A stretch of DNA of 64,000 nucleotides from Chrysomallon squamiferum (Eukaryota > Animalia > Mollusca): contig CM022666.1 of the NCBI GenBank assembly GCA_012295275.1, positions 1,612,001 to 1,676,000 on the forward strand, given 5' to 3'. The notes under the pieces are model-generated. The model was not told the DNA's origin. It was given only the letters and a program-made list of their open reading frames with translations, and did no database searches. The translations under genes were made by a program, and so were the position numbers. Below are positions 26,531-39,531 of this stretch, one piece after another. Position 1 is the stretch's first letter. Every line of letters starts with the position of its first letter.

Positions 26531-27402
26531 CACAAAAGCATTTATTTTCATCTTTACATTCAAAAATTAATCTGCGTATATTCAGACACACACATATATA
26601 TATATTTCTCTTTTGTGAAAGTTTTATTTTCAATACTTACTGAAAATTTATTACATTCTTTTTCCAGGTATTTCACGAAGCAATCTCTAAAGTAACAAAA
26701 AAAAAATAAATAAATAAATAAATAAATAAAAATAAACAGATTGGAAAAAAAAAATTCATAACTGTTATTTGTTAACTGTTTTTCAGATATTTGATAAAAA
26801 AATTTTTATCGTTATTCTGTTGCTAGCTTACAGAATCGAACGAATTTTTTTCTTTATTTTTTATTCCATGCAATATGTTCTTTCTTTCATGTTTCTGTAG
26901 TCTTTCTTATTTGCTTTCTCGTTGCCTTTCTTTTTTTATTTCGTTTTAATTTCTTTCTTTCTGTATTTTCTTACTTTATTTTTTCTTCTTTCTTTCTTTT
27001 CTCTTTTATACTTCGTCCATTTTTTTTCCACTTCTGTTTATCATTTTATTCTTTGTCTTTTTTCTTTTGCTTTTCGTTTTACTTAATTTATTTTTCTGTT
27101 ATTATAATTATTATTATTTATTATTACTTTTTTCCAGTTCTTTCTGTCCTTGTTACTTCGCACCTACGCAAAAATTAATAATCATCTTCGTTATTTTCGT
27201 ACGTAAGTACGTCATCGAATTCCACAGTATTCTACATTTTCAGATCGTTGCTATTTAAATCTCACGTTTTCGTGCACCCAGCACTCGGAACGTTTTCTCG
27301 TTTAAATACATAGAAACAAGTTTAGCTGATATTTAAATATAAGAATATATATATACACTGTCATCTGATATCTATATGTATATTTATCTATCTATCTATA
27401 TC

Positions 27403-27449
<47 letters not shown>

Positions 27450-28514
27450 CAGGCCATATGCTTAGGATGTTTCATATTTTAAATGCATAGAAATAGAACT
27501 AGAAGAAATTTGTATATATAAAGATATAGATATTGTGTGCGTGTGTGTCACATAACATATTTCAGAAAAATGGTCTTTGTATGCGCAAATCAAAACCCGA
27601 GAATCGGCTAAAACGGGGATTATAATAAATTCATAAATTTTCAACCATCAGTTAATTAACTGATATCAAATTAGGATTTTTGTGACTCAGTTTTTGGAAC
27701 ATAGTTCTTTTGAGCCTGTTGAAGAGATGGTGATTTGTTATGTTCTTCAATCAGTGTGGTGTAAAGATGTGTGTGTCGGCTTTTAAGTACATTTTGAGTA
27801 TCTAATGCTATTAAGTACTGCAGATAATTAAATCACATTAAAGGACAAATGTAGAAAAATACAAATTAAAAACAAATGAAAAGAAATAAGAATTTTTACT
27901 TTTTTGTTTTTTAATTAACATTTTAAAAAAAAAAATAATAATAATTCTAGTATCTTTTAACAAATATAATACTATTTAGGAGAGGAATTAGAGATGGCAT
28001 AATCATATACTGGAGAAAGGTTCAGACATTTACTTTAACGATTTGATCATTTTAACAAGGATATCTTAACAGTTTCACCATCAGCCGTGTGCCTCAGTCA
28101 CTCTGTTTAATTGGTTTATTTATTAAATTCTAATTTTGACGATTAAACAGTTTAAACTAGTTCCACTGATCGTTTAAATAATTTAAAATCGCCTTAGTTC
28201 GCCTTGTCAGTTAAATTTCGTTTTTTTTTTTTTTTTTTTTTTTTCTTTGTTTGTTTGTTGTTGTTGCTTTTGTTCGTTTGTTTTTATGCTGTTTTTTTTT
28301 TGTTGTTTTTTTTTTGTTGTTGTTTTTTTTTTATTTTTTCTCAACAAAAGACAGTTTAAAATATTTCTGTTGATCGTATAAAAATTTAAAATTGATTCTT
28401 GTCTGTTTAAAATATATCACTAATTTAAATTTCTTTTCTTTTTCTTTTTTTCTTTTAACACCCATTTTTAAATTATTATTTTTTTTATTATTATTATTTT
28501 TATTATTATTATTA

Positions 28515-28569
<55 letters not shown>

Positions 28570-28719
28570 TTTAAATATTTTTTGTGCATTTAATAAGCAT
28601 AAAATTGTCTATTTGTAAAAAAATTTTGAACCGTCTAAAATTCTGTGTTTTAACATGGACAAAGTTCTTGGAGAAAACTAAAATGATATATATATATATA
28701 AATTATTTCACAGTTAATA

Positions 28720-28805
<86 letters not shown>

Positions 28806-29563
28806 GTTTTCATGTATAAAAGAACGTACGTACTTACGTACGAATGATTGAGTGAATATGTGTATGTGCGTAATATGCACGTGTGCATGCATGTGCGTGC
28901 GTGTGCGTGTGCGTGTGTGTGTGTGCGCGGGTGTCTGTGTGTGTTTGTTTTTACATATGGTTATGCTTTAACTAAAATTATTTATCAACTTAAGAAAATT
29001 GTGTTTGGAATTCCCTTTCATTTTATCATTCTCTCTTTCTATCTTGTGTGTTGTACTGACAAAGAGTAACTGAAAACTCCAGTTTGATCGTTTATGTTGG
29101 AACGCAGTACAATTTATAATTTAATAATTTTTATATACTTAATAAATTATTTAATACAAATATTTAAAAAAAAAATCTTTATATGCGACTGACATTTAAA
29201 ATGTTATTATTCTGAACTGTTAAACTCCAGAAACTAATATACGCTTAAGACTCTGAGTCTGTTTCATATTCCAACTAGTACTATCCAAATAGTTTTGCGA
29301 TGTTACATATTTGTGTATATATTTTCTTATCTCAGTTTCTTTTTGAAATATTTGCATTAAGCAGATGAAAATACAAAGGTAAAGTTGTCTAAAAACAGAC
29401 ATCTTAAACGTGAATTATAACACATGTAATTATTCGGCTATTGGTCTGAATTCTGCAGTTGGAAAATGACTAAAGTTCTTCTCCAGGGATACATAAACAC
29501 AAAGCACGGTGTCAGTGACCAAAATGTTTTAAAAAAATATTATTATTATTATTATTATTATTA

Positions 29564-29598
<35 letters not shown>

Positions 29599-29752
29599 TT
29601 ATTTCTTGATATTACTCACCTACTACAGTATTGATATTACAAACTACAAATACTAGTAGCAGCAGCAACAGTAACACCAGCAGTCGTAGTCGTCGTAGTA
29701 GCAGCAGTAATAATAATAATAACAGCACCAGCAACAACAACAATAATAATAA

Positions 29753-29783
<31 letters not shown>

Positions 29784-30092
29784 AAGAAAAAGAAGAAGAA
29801 GAAGAAGTAGAACAAGAACAAGAAGAAGACGAAGACGAAATCTTTTTTCTTGTTTTCTTGCAACGTGACCCAGCCAGCTCTCAGGTTCAGTCTTTCAAAC
29901 GAGTCTAACTCACGTTTTCCAGTCACGCTGTCCAGATGTTCGCGAAATGACTATAAATACAGACCACAGACACTGAGAGACTTCATTCCTTGCAGAGCTC
30001 TTCCACTTGCTGTAACAAACATTTTGCTTTCACAACACTTTGCTTGTTCACGAAAACCTTTCCACTTGAAGATATCAGCTGATACTGTAATA

Positions 30093-30281
30093 ATGTCTAT
30101 CGTGTTTCCATCAGCAGTGACTCTTTGTCTGTACAACACACAAGACAACGACGACGTCTTCACTATGGACGTGGACATGCCTCAAAGCGGCAGAGGATTG
30201 TATCTTTTGGAACACTCTGTCGCTGACAGGGAAATATTCCCAGTATCGGGGATTCAGGAGGAAGACTCAAACAGAAAATGA
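30093..30281 (+). CDS. 62-aa family ORF, copy I
   Basis: Intact 189 bp; near-consensus, H60N. Confidence 0.45.
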   Translation: MSIVFPSAVTLCLYNTQDNDDVFTMDVDMPQSGRGLYLLEHSVADREIFPVSGIQEEDSNRK

Positions 30282-30324
30282 AATTCTTCTTCTCAACAGG
30301 CTCTCTGATCAAAAGAGATGATGC

Positions 30325-30558
30325 AGAACTTTATCTGTTCAACTACAGAACATTATCTGTCCAACTACAGAACATTATCTGTCCAACTACAGAACATTAT
30401 CTGTTCAACCACAGACGATTATCTGTCCAACTACAATTATCTGTCCAATCCATTATCTGTTCAACTACAGAACATTATCTGTTCAACCAAACAGAACAAA
30501 TCTGTTCAACAACAGAACATTATCGGTTCAACTACAGAACGATTCTGTTCAACACACA
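30325..30558 (+). repeat. 22-bp VNTR, about 10-11 partly deleted units, copy I
   Basis: Regular for the first 4 units, then many small indels. Confidence 0.75.
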
Positions 30559-33093
30559 GGTAGAAATTGCATGACATGGGAATTAGTTTTTACCACATCG
30601 GACAAAATTCCAGCCAACGATTGAATAAGAAAAGTCCATCAACAATTTTGGACAACCAGATTCCAAAATCCTCTTGCTTGGTATGGACCGAAATAAACCA
30701 TGGACCAAAGAAAACAACACTGAGACCAAAACCATTTGTATATTAACACGGACACGGAACGTTGAAAAGTCACATTGATAAATGTGAAGAAAAGAAATAC
30801 TGTTGTAAATGTATTCTTTTAAAACAATTAGTATTAATAAATTAATATTAATCTCATATACTTCTTCTTTGTTTTTATTTACGATTACGATTTTACTAGA
30901 ATTATTTATCAACTTAAGACAATTATGTTTGCATTTTGCCTTTCGCTCTCATTTTATCATTCTCTCTTTCTATCTTTGTGTTGTACTGACAAAAAGTAAC
31001 TGAAAACTTGAGTTTGATCGTTTGATAGATTAAAAATACGATTATGCTGAAACATAGAAATCACAATTTATAATTTAATAATTTTAATATACTTAATAAA
31101 TTACTTAATGCAAATATATTTTTTAAAATATCTTTATATGCGACTGAAATTTTAAATTTTATTATTCTGAACTGATAAACTCCAGAAACTAATATACGTT
31201 TAGGACACCGAGTCTGTTTCATATTCCAGCTAGTACTCCCCAACTAGTTTTCCGATGTTACATATTTCTTATCTGAGTTTCTTTGTGAAATATTTGTATT
31301 AAGCAGATGAAGATGAAAGGTAAAGTTGTCTAAAAACAGACATCTTAAATATGCCGACGTATGTTAGAGTGTAATGTGTTTATAACTGAAAATAATGATT
31401 TTTTTTTGATAAAGAGATTGATTTTGTTTTTTTTTGTAGATCTAAAAATATTACATTTTGACTGCTGAAGTATTTCATAAAGTGTTGTAACGTGATTTTA
31501 TTTTTAGTAAAAAAAAAAAAATAAATAAAACGTAGACTTCACTTGTTTTTTAAAAGTTATCAGATCACAGAAATATCATCAGAATAAGAAAAAAAAAAAA
31601 AAAAAAAATAATTACTGAAATTTAATTCTGTACTAAACAGTAAAATAAATTACCCCTCCCCCAGAAATTAATTAATGTTTTGAATTGTTTTCCTAAGCTG
31701 TGAAGCTGTGATCATTTCTTCTTCTTAATTTGATAATTATTTAAGTAATATTGTAATGAATAAATAAGCATAGATCTGTGACCAACAATTGACAAGGTAT
31801 GCTTGTATGTATGTATATGTGTATGTGTGTATGTGTGTTTGTATGTATGAACGTATGTATTTTTTTACGAATAAATAAATAAATAAATAAAATAATAAAT
31901 TAGTTTGTCAATATCAACGACGTATTAAGGTTGAATCATCTGTATTAATCGTTAAAAGTATCAGTAACATTACTAACCATAAACTTAGTTAAATGTGTCT
32001 ACATTGGTTTAAATGTAAAGTGTTGTAAACTCAGAGTATTTCATTAATATGTTGAAATGGTGGTGTAGATAGAAAAACCGGATTATAAAATACTAAACAG
32101 CTGTGACCTATTTGAAATGATAAAATTGTCTAATCTCAGAGTGAAAGTCTGAGGAAACTAACACATATCTGATTCTTAAGCTTTGATCAGAACGCTTGTA
32201 TTTTTCATGGAAAAAAAAAAACAATGTCCATACAATTATAAAATAAATCACTTTGCTTTCGTCTTAGAAAAAGGTAAAAAAATAACTTAAAGGCTATTAA
32301 TTTAAATATTAAACATAGCATATTTACATAGCAATAAAGACTAAAACAAGGAATTGTGGTTATGGGTATTTTGTTTTGGATTCAATGATACTTCTGCATA
32401 GCTCAATGAAAGCCCTAAAACAATAAATTAATAACGTTTTCGCCACGTTTCCACGGTAACCTGTATCGTCCTGAGGTCAAAATATTACATATATAATTAT
32501 TCCGCTATTAGACCGGATTCCAGTGTTGGAAAATGATTATACTTCATCTCCAGGGATACATAACTGCAAAGGACATTGTGACTGACCAACGTGACATTTT
32601 TATTATTATTATTATATTTTTTTAAATTTTTTATTCTTTTATTTTAAACACATACTACAGTATTGATATTACACACTATAAATTGTAGTAGGACAGAAGC
32701 AGCAACACCAGTAGTCGTAGTAGTAGTAGTAGTAGCAGTAATAATAATCATAATAATAATAAGAAGAAGAAGAATAAGGATAATAAGAAGAATAATAACA
32801 ATAATATTAATAATAATAAGAAGAAGAAGACGAAGACGAACTCGTTTTTCTTGTTTTCTTGCAACGTGACCCGGCCAGCTCTCTGGTTCAGTCTTTGAAA
32901 CGAGTCTAACTCACGTTTTCCCGTCACACCGTCCAGATGTTCGTGAAATGACTATAAATACAGACCACAGACACTGAGAGACTTCATTCCTTGCAGAGCT
33001 CTTCCACTTGCTGTAACAAACATTTAGGTTTCACAACAGTTTGCTTGTTCACGAAAACCTTTCCACTTGAAGATATCAGCTCATACTGTAATA

Positions 33094-33282
33094 ATGTCTA
33101 TCGTGTTTCCATCAGCAGTGACTCTTTGTCAGTACAACACACAAGACAACGACGACGTCTTCACTATGGACGTGGACATGCCTCAAAGCGGCAGAGGATT
33201 GTATATTTTGGAACACTCTGTCGCTGACAGGGAAATATTCCCAGTATCGGGGATTCAGGAGGAAGACTCAAACAGAAAATGA
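33094..33282 (+). CDS. 62-aa family ORF, copy J (L13Q, L38I, H60N)
   Basis: Intact 189 bp. Confidence 0.45.
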   Translation: MSIVFPSAVTLCQYNTQDNDDVFTMDVDMPQSGRGLYILEHSVADREIFPVSGIQEEDSNRK

Positions 33283-33327
33283 AATTCTTCTTCTCAGCAG
33301 GCTCTCTGATCAAAAGAGATGATGAAC

Positions 33328-33376
33328 AACATTATCTGTTCAACAACAGAACATTATCTGTTCAACTACAGAACAT
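33328..33376 (+). repeat. 22-bp VNTR, 2 units, copy J
   Basis: Counted directly. Confidence 0.8.
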
Positions 33377-34701
33377 GGAAATTGCATGATCTCGTAAATT
33401 TAATCTTACTACATCGAAGAAAACGAAATGTACATCAACTGATTTCAGACACTTCAGACATGGGACTGAGTGAACTCCACATTGAAGATCTCCACCAGTT
33501 TTGTAACCACATTCCATCTTGCTCACGGACCGAAATAAACAACACTGAGACCAAAACCATTTGTATATTAACACGGACACGGAACGAAAAGTGACATTGA
33601 TAAATGTGAAGAAAAGAAATACCGTTGCAAATGTATTAATAAATTAATATTAATCTCATATACTTCTTCTTTGTTTTTATTTACAATTACGATTTTTCTA
33701 GAATTATTTATCAACTTAAGACAATTATGTTTCCATTTTGCCTTTCGCTCTCATTTTATCATTCTCTCTTTCTATCGTTGTGTTGTACTGACAAAAAGTA
33801 ACTGAAAACTTGAGTTTGATCGTTTGATAGATTAAAAATACAATTATGTTGGAACATAGTAATTACAATTTATAATTTAATAATTTTAATATACTTAATA
33901 AATTACTTAATGCAAATATATTTTTAAAAATATCTTTATATGCGACTGAAATTTAAATTTTATTATTCTGAACTGACAAAATCCAGAAACTAATATACGT
34001 TTAGGACACCGAGTCTGTTTCATATTCCAGCTAGTACTCCCCAAATAGTTTTCCGATGTTACATATTTCTTATCTGAGTTTCTTTCTGAAATATTTGTAT
34101 TAAGCAGATGAAGATGAAAGGTAAAGTTGTCTAAAAACAGACATCTTAAATATGCCGACGTATGTTAGAATGTAATGTGTTTATAACTGAAAATAATATG
34201 AGAGAAATGGAGATTGTTTTTTTGTTGTTTTCTTTTTTTTGATAAAGTGATACATCGATACAGTAGATCTAAAATATTACATTTTGACTGCTGAAGTATT
34301 TCATATAAGTGTTGTAACGTGATTTTATTTTTAGTAAAAAAGAAAAAAATAAAATAAAACGTAGACTTCACTGTTTTTTATAAAGTTATCAGATCACAGA
34401 AATATCATCAGAAGAAACTAGCATACAAAAAAGAAAATAATTACTGAAATTTAATTCTGTACTAAACAGTAAAATAAATTACCCCTCCCCCCAGAAATTA
34501 ATTAATGTTTTGAATTTTTTTCCTAAGGTGTGAAACTGTGATCATTTCTTCTTCTTAATTTGATAATTATTTAAGTAATATTGTAATGAATAAATAAGCA
34601 TAGATCTGTGACCAACAATTGACAAGGTATGCTTGTATGTATGTATATGTGTATGTGTGTATGTGTGTTTGTATGTATGAACGTATGTATTTTTTTACGA
34701 A

Positions 34702-34736
<35 letters not shown>

Positions 34737-35972
34737 AATAATAAATTAGTTTGTCAATATCAACGACGTATTAAGGTTGAATCATCTGTATTAATCGTTA
34801 AAAGTACCAGTAACATTACTAACCATAAACTTAGTGAAATGTGTCTACATTGGTTTAAATGTAAAGTGTTGTAAACTCAGAGTATTTCATTAATATGTTG
34901 AAATGGTGGTGTAGATAGAAAAACCGGATTATAAAATACGAAACAGCTGTGACCTATTTGAAATGATAAAATTGTCTAATCTCAGAGTGAAAGTCTGAGG
35001 AAACTAACACATATCTGATTCGTAAGCTTTGATCAGAACGCTTGTATTTTTCATGGAAAAAAAAACGTCCATACATTTATAAAATAAATCACTTTGCTTT
35101 CGTCTTAGAAAAGGTAAAAATAACTTAAAGGCTATTAATTTAAATATTAAACATAGCATATTTACCAATTTACTGGCTATGGGAATTTTATTTGGATTAG
35201 ACTTCAGCAATGAAAGACTAAAACAAGGAATTGTAACGTTTCGAAGGTCTCCTGTATTATCACCTGTATTGTACAGTCATCAATGATACGTCTGCGCCAT
35301 AGCTCAATGACCAGCCCGTGTAAATACACGTGATAAATTAATAACGTTTTCGCCACGTTTCCACGGTAACCTGTATCGTCCTGAGGTAAAATATTACATA
35401 TATAATTATTCCGCAATTAGACCGGATTCCAGTGTTGGAAAATGATTATACTTCATCTCCAGGGATACATAAATGCAAAGGAAATTGTGACTGACCAACG
35501 TGACATTTTTATTATTATTATTATTATTATCATTATATTTTTTTAAATGTTTTATTTTTTTATTTTACACACATACTACAGTATTGATGTTACACACTAT
35601 AAACTGTAGTATGACAGCAGCAGCAACACCAGTAGTAGTAGTAGTAGTAGTAGTCGCAGTAATAATAATCATAATAATAATAAGAAGAATAAGAAGAACA
35701 AGAAGAAAACGAAGACGAAATCTTTTTTGTTGTTTTCTTGCAACGTGACCCGGCCAGCTTTCTGGTTCAGTCTTTCAAACGAGTCTAACTCACGTTTTCC
35801 ACTCACGCTGTCCACATGTTCGTGTAATGACTATAAATACAGACCACAGACACTGAGAGACTTCATTCCTTGCAGAGCTCTTCCACTTGCTGTAACAAAC
35901 ATTTTGCTTTCACAACACTTTGCTTTTTCACGAAAACCTTTCCACTTTAAGATATCAGCTCATACTGTAATA

Positions 35973-36161
35973 ATGTCTATCGTGTTTCCATCAGCAGTGA
36001 CTCTTTGTCTGTACAGCACACAAGACAACGACGACGTCTTCACTATGGACGTGGACATGCCTCAAAACGGCAGAGGAATGTATCTTTTGGAACACTCTGT
36101 CGCTGACAGGGAAATATTCCCAGTATCGGGGATTCAGGAGGAAGACTCATCCAGAAAATGA
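35973..36161 (+). CDS. 62-aa family ORF, copy K (N15S, S32N, L36M, H60S)
   Basis: Intact 189 bp. Confidence 0.45.
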   Translation: MSIVFPSAVTLCLYSTQDNDDVFTMDVDMPQNGRGMYLLEHSVADREIFPVSGIQEEDSSRK

Positions 36162-36206
36162 AATTCTTCTTCTCAGCAGGCTCTCTGATCAAAAGAGATG
36201 ATGAAC

Positions 36207-36273
36207 AACATTATCTGTTCAACTACAGAACATTATCGGTTCAACTACAGAACTTTATTGGGTCAACTACAGA
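36207..36273 (+). repeat. 22-bp VNTR, 3 units, copy K
   Basis: Counted directly. Confidence 0.8.
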
Positions 36274-37619
36274 CGCAGAAGTTGCATGATCTCATGTATA
36301 TTTAGTTCCACTGCATGAGACAAAATTCAACAGGCTATGATTCAAACATCAACTGACTTCCCACACTTCAGACAAAGGACAAACTAAAATCCACATTGAA
36401 GATCTCCACCAATTTGCTACCCGAATTCCATCATTTATGGACCAAAACCATTTAAACCAAACTAAACAACACTGAGATCAAAACCATTTGTATATTAACA
36501 CGGACACGGAACGTTGAAAACTCACATTGATAAACGTGAAGAAAAGAAATACTGTTGTAAATGTATTCTTCTAAAACAATTAGTATTAATAAATTAATAT
36601 TAATCTCATATACTTGTTTGTTTTATATATGTTTATGCTTTAACTAGAATTATTTATCAACTTAAGAAAATTGTGCTCGCCTTTCGTTCTCATTTTATCA
36701 TTCTTTCTTTCTATCTTTGTGTTGTACTGGCAAAGAGTAACTGAAAACGTGTTTGATCGTTTGGTAGACTAAGAATACGATTATGTTGGAATATAGTAAT
36801 TACAATTTATAAGTTAATAATTTTTATATACTTAATAAATTACTTAACACAAATATTTTTGAAAAATCGTTATATGCGACTGACATTTAAAATTTTATTA
36901 TTCTGAACTGTTAAACTTCAGATACTAATATATGGTTAGGTCATATTTTACTTGTTTGTTCTTCACAATGAACGAGCGTATAAAAACAAAAATTGTTTTT
37001 GTTTAATATTAATGATTATTAAATAAAAGTGTTGGATATTTTTCTGTAAATCTGAAAGAGATAAAACAAAAACTTTCCTCAGATGGGTTATTGTTAACAG
37101 TCAGCGTCGTTTGCAATACACAACAACCTTCCCTAAGATCAGAAAATACCTAGATTTAAGTATTATGTTGAAATTCAGGAAGCATCATTTTCTTTGTCCG
37201 TTACACACTAATTAACACATTATTCATTACAATTACAATTTTAATAATCACATGTCAACAACACAATTTTCATTGATTTAGCTAGAAAATACACATTACA
37301 ATTTAAATTCTTTGACTAAGACAGCAATAAAAGTCAAATACTTTCGATCTCCTATTCTACATACAGTTTTTTCCCAGCCACAAATCCTCCATTTCACTAA
37401 GATGACAAGACATTGCACTGAATCTCATCAAAACTGATTTAAGATGACTGATTTCATAAACCTTCACTTTAGTAATTTTCATAAACTTAATAAATTATTG
37501 AACACTAACATTTCAAGAAATCGTATAATTATTTCATCGACATATAAAATTTTATAATTCTGAATTCTTGTACTGCAGACTCTAATATACAGTATAGGAA
37601 ATTGTTGTTGTTATTTTTA

Positions 37620-37687
<68 letters not shown>

Positions 37688-38914
37688 TTGTATGTATGTT
37701 CTTCGTGATTAAGATACGTATAAAAACCGTTAACCCATTTTAATGTTAAAGAATATAAAGTAAAACTCGAACATTTTCTTGTTAAAAATGGGATACGAGA
37801 GAGAAAACAAGCTTCCACCAAATGGGTTGTTCTTGACAGTTAGCACTGGGTTATGTTTCGTGTGTAACGTACCCTGAAGTAAGAAAACAAATATATAAAC
37901 AAATTGTCTGCATTCGTAAACAAGAAACCGGACAGCAGAACCCTGACGACATCAGTTTTCAAGATAACGATGACAACAGTTGTTCCCAGGACAACCATGA
38001 CAAAACTGTTCACAGTAATACATTTTTGTAACGTCGTTCAGAATCAAAATCAAAATAAACTTGAGAATAACTAACACATGTGTACGCACACTGGGGTAGA
38101 GGAACTCTGGTATTTCGTATCAGAGAAATACGCATTTAATAATCATTAATATTAAAATGTGTTTATGTGTTTTTATACAAATATTTCAAAAAAGAAACTG
38201 AGGTAAGAAAATAAATACACAAATATGTAACATCGGAAAACTATTTGGGGAGTACTAGTTGGAATATGAAACAGACTCAGCGTCCTAAACATATATTACT
38301 TTCTGGAGTTTAACAGTTCAGAATAATAAAGTTTTAAATGTCAGTCGCATATACCGATTTTTCAAACATATTTGTGTTAAGTAATTTATAAAGTATATAA
38401 AAATTATTAACTTATAAATTGTAATTACTATGTTCCAACATAATCGTATTTTTAGTCTATCAAACGATCAAACTCAAGTTTTCAGTTACTCTTTGTCAGT
38501 ACAACACAAAAGATAGAAAGAGAGAATGATAAAATGAGAGAGAAAGACAAAACAATTTTCTTAATTTGATAAATAATTCTAGTTAAATCATAACTATATA
38601 TAAAAACAAACAAGTATATGAGATTAATATATATTTATTAATACTAATTGGTTTAAAAGAATACATTTACAACACTATTTTGTTGTCTTCAAGTTTATCA
38701 ATGTCAGTTTTCAACGTTCCGTGCCCATGTTAATATATAAATGGTTTTGATCTCAGTGTTGTTTTTCTTGGGTCCATGAGCAAGATGAAATGCGGTTACA
38801 AAACTGGTTTTGTTTGTCCTCTGTCTGAACTGTCTGCAGTCTCCGAAATCAGCTGATATTTGAATGTTTGTCTGATGTAGTAGAACTAAATTTACATGAC
38901 AGCATGCAATTTCT

Positions 38915-38951
38915 ATGTTCTGTAGTTGAACCGATAATGTTCTGTAGTTGG
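38915..38951 (-). repeat. 22-bp VNTR remnant, about 1.5 units, copy L
   Basis: Array shortened by deletion. Confidence 0.7.
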
Positions 38952-38992
38952 ATCATCTCTTTTGATCAGAGAGCCTGTTGAGAAGAAGAATT

Positions 38993-39181
38993 TCATTTTC
39001 TGTATGAGTCTTCCTCCTGAATCCCCGATCCTGGGAACATTTCCCTGTCAGCGACAGAGTGTTCCAAAAGATACAATCCTGTGCCGCTTTGAGGCATGTC
39101 CACGTCCATAGTGAAGACGTCGTTGTTGTCTTGTGTGTTGAACAGACAAAGAGTCACTGCTGATGGAAACACGATAGACAT
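38993..39181 (-). CDS. 62-aa family ORF, copy L (Y14F, D20N, R34T, I48M, V51G, H60Y)
   Basis: Intact 189 bp. A 1-bp insertion in the leader does not affect the ATG-initiated ORF. Confidence 0.45.
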   Translation of the reverse strand: MSIVFPSAVTLCLFNTQDNNDVFTMDVDMPQSGTGLYLLEHSVADREMFPGSGIQEEDSYRK

Positions 39182-39471
39182 TATTACAGTATCAGCTGGT
39201 ATCTTCAAGTGCAAAAGATTTTCGTGAACAAGCAAAGTGTTGTGAAAGCAAAATGTTTGTTACAGCAAGTGGAAGAGCTCTGCAAGGAATGAAGTCTCTC
39301 AGTGTCTGTGGTCTGTATTTATAGTCATTTGACGAACATCTGGACAGCGTGATGGGAAAACGTGAGTTTGATTCGTTTGACAGCTGGCTTGATCACGTTG
39401 CAAGAAAACAACAAAAAAGAGTTCCTCTTCCTCTCATTCTTATTTTTATAATTCTTCTTTTTCTTCTTCTT

Positions 39472-39531
<60 letters not shown>

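Larger units (their letters stand above)
30700..35830 (+). repeat. Two ~2.9-3.0 kb long-spacer units (I-J-K); spacer is an inverted paralogue of ~10000-11230 and partly of 40480-41700
   Basis: I-J spacing 3001 bp and J-K 2879 bp; shared text such as cacagatctatgcttatttattc / gaataaataagcatagatctgtg. Confidence 0.85.

Noticed and set aside
30415-30700. Irregular VNTR units and small deletions downstream of copy I as real diversification
   Set aside because: The clustered small indels look like low-quality consensus and cannot be told from biology without reads.
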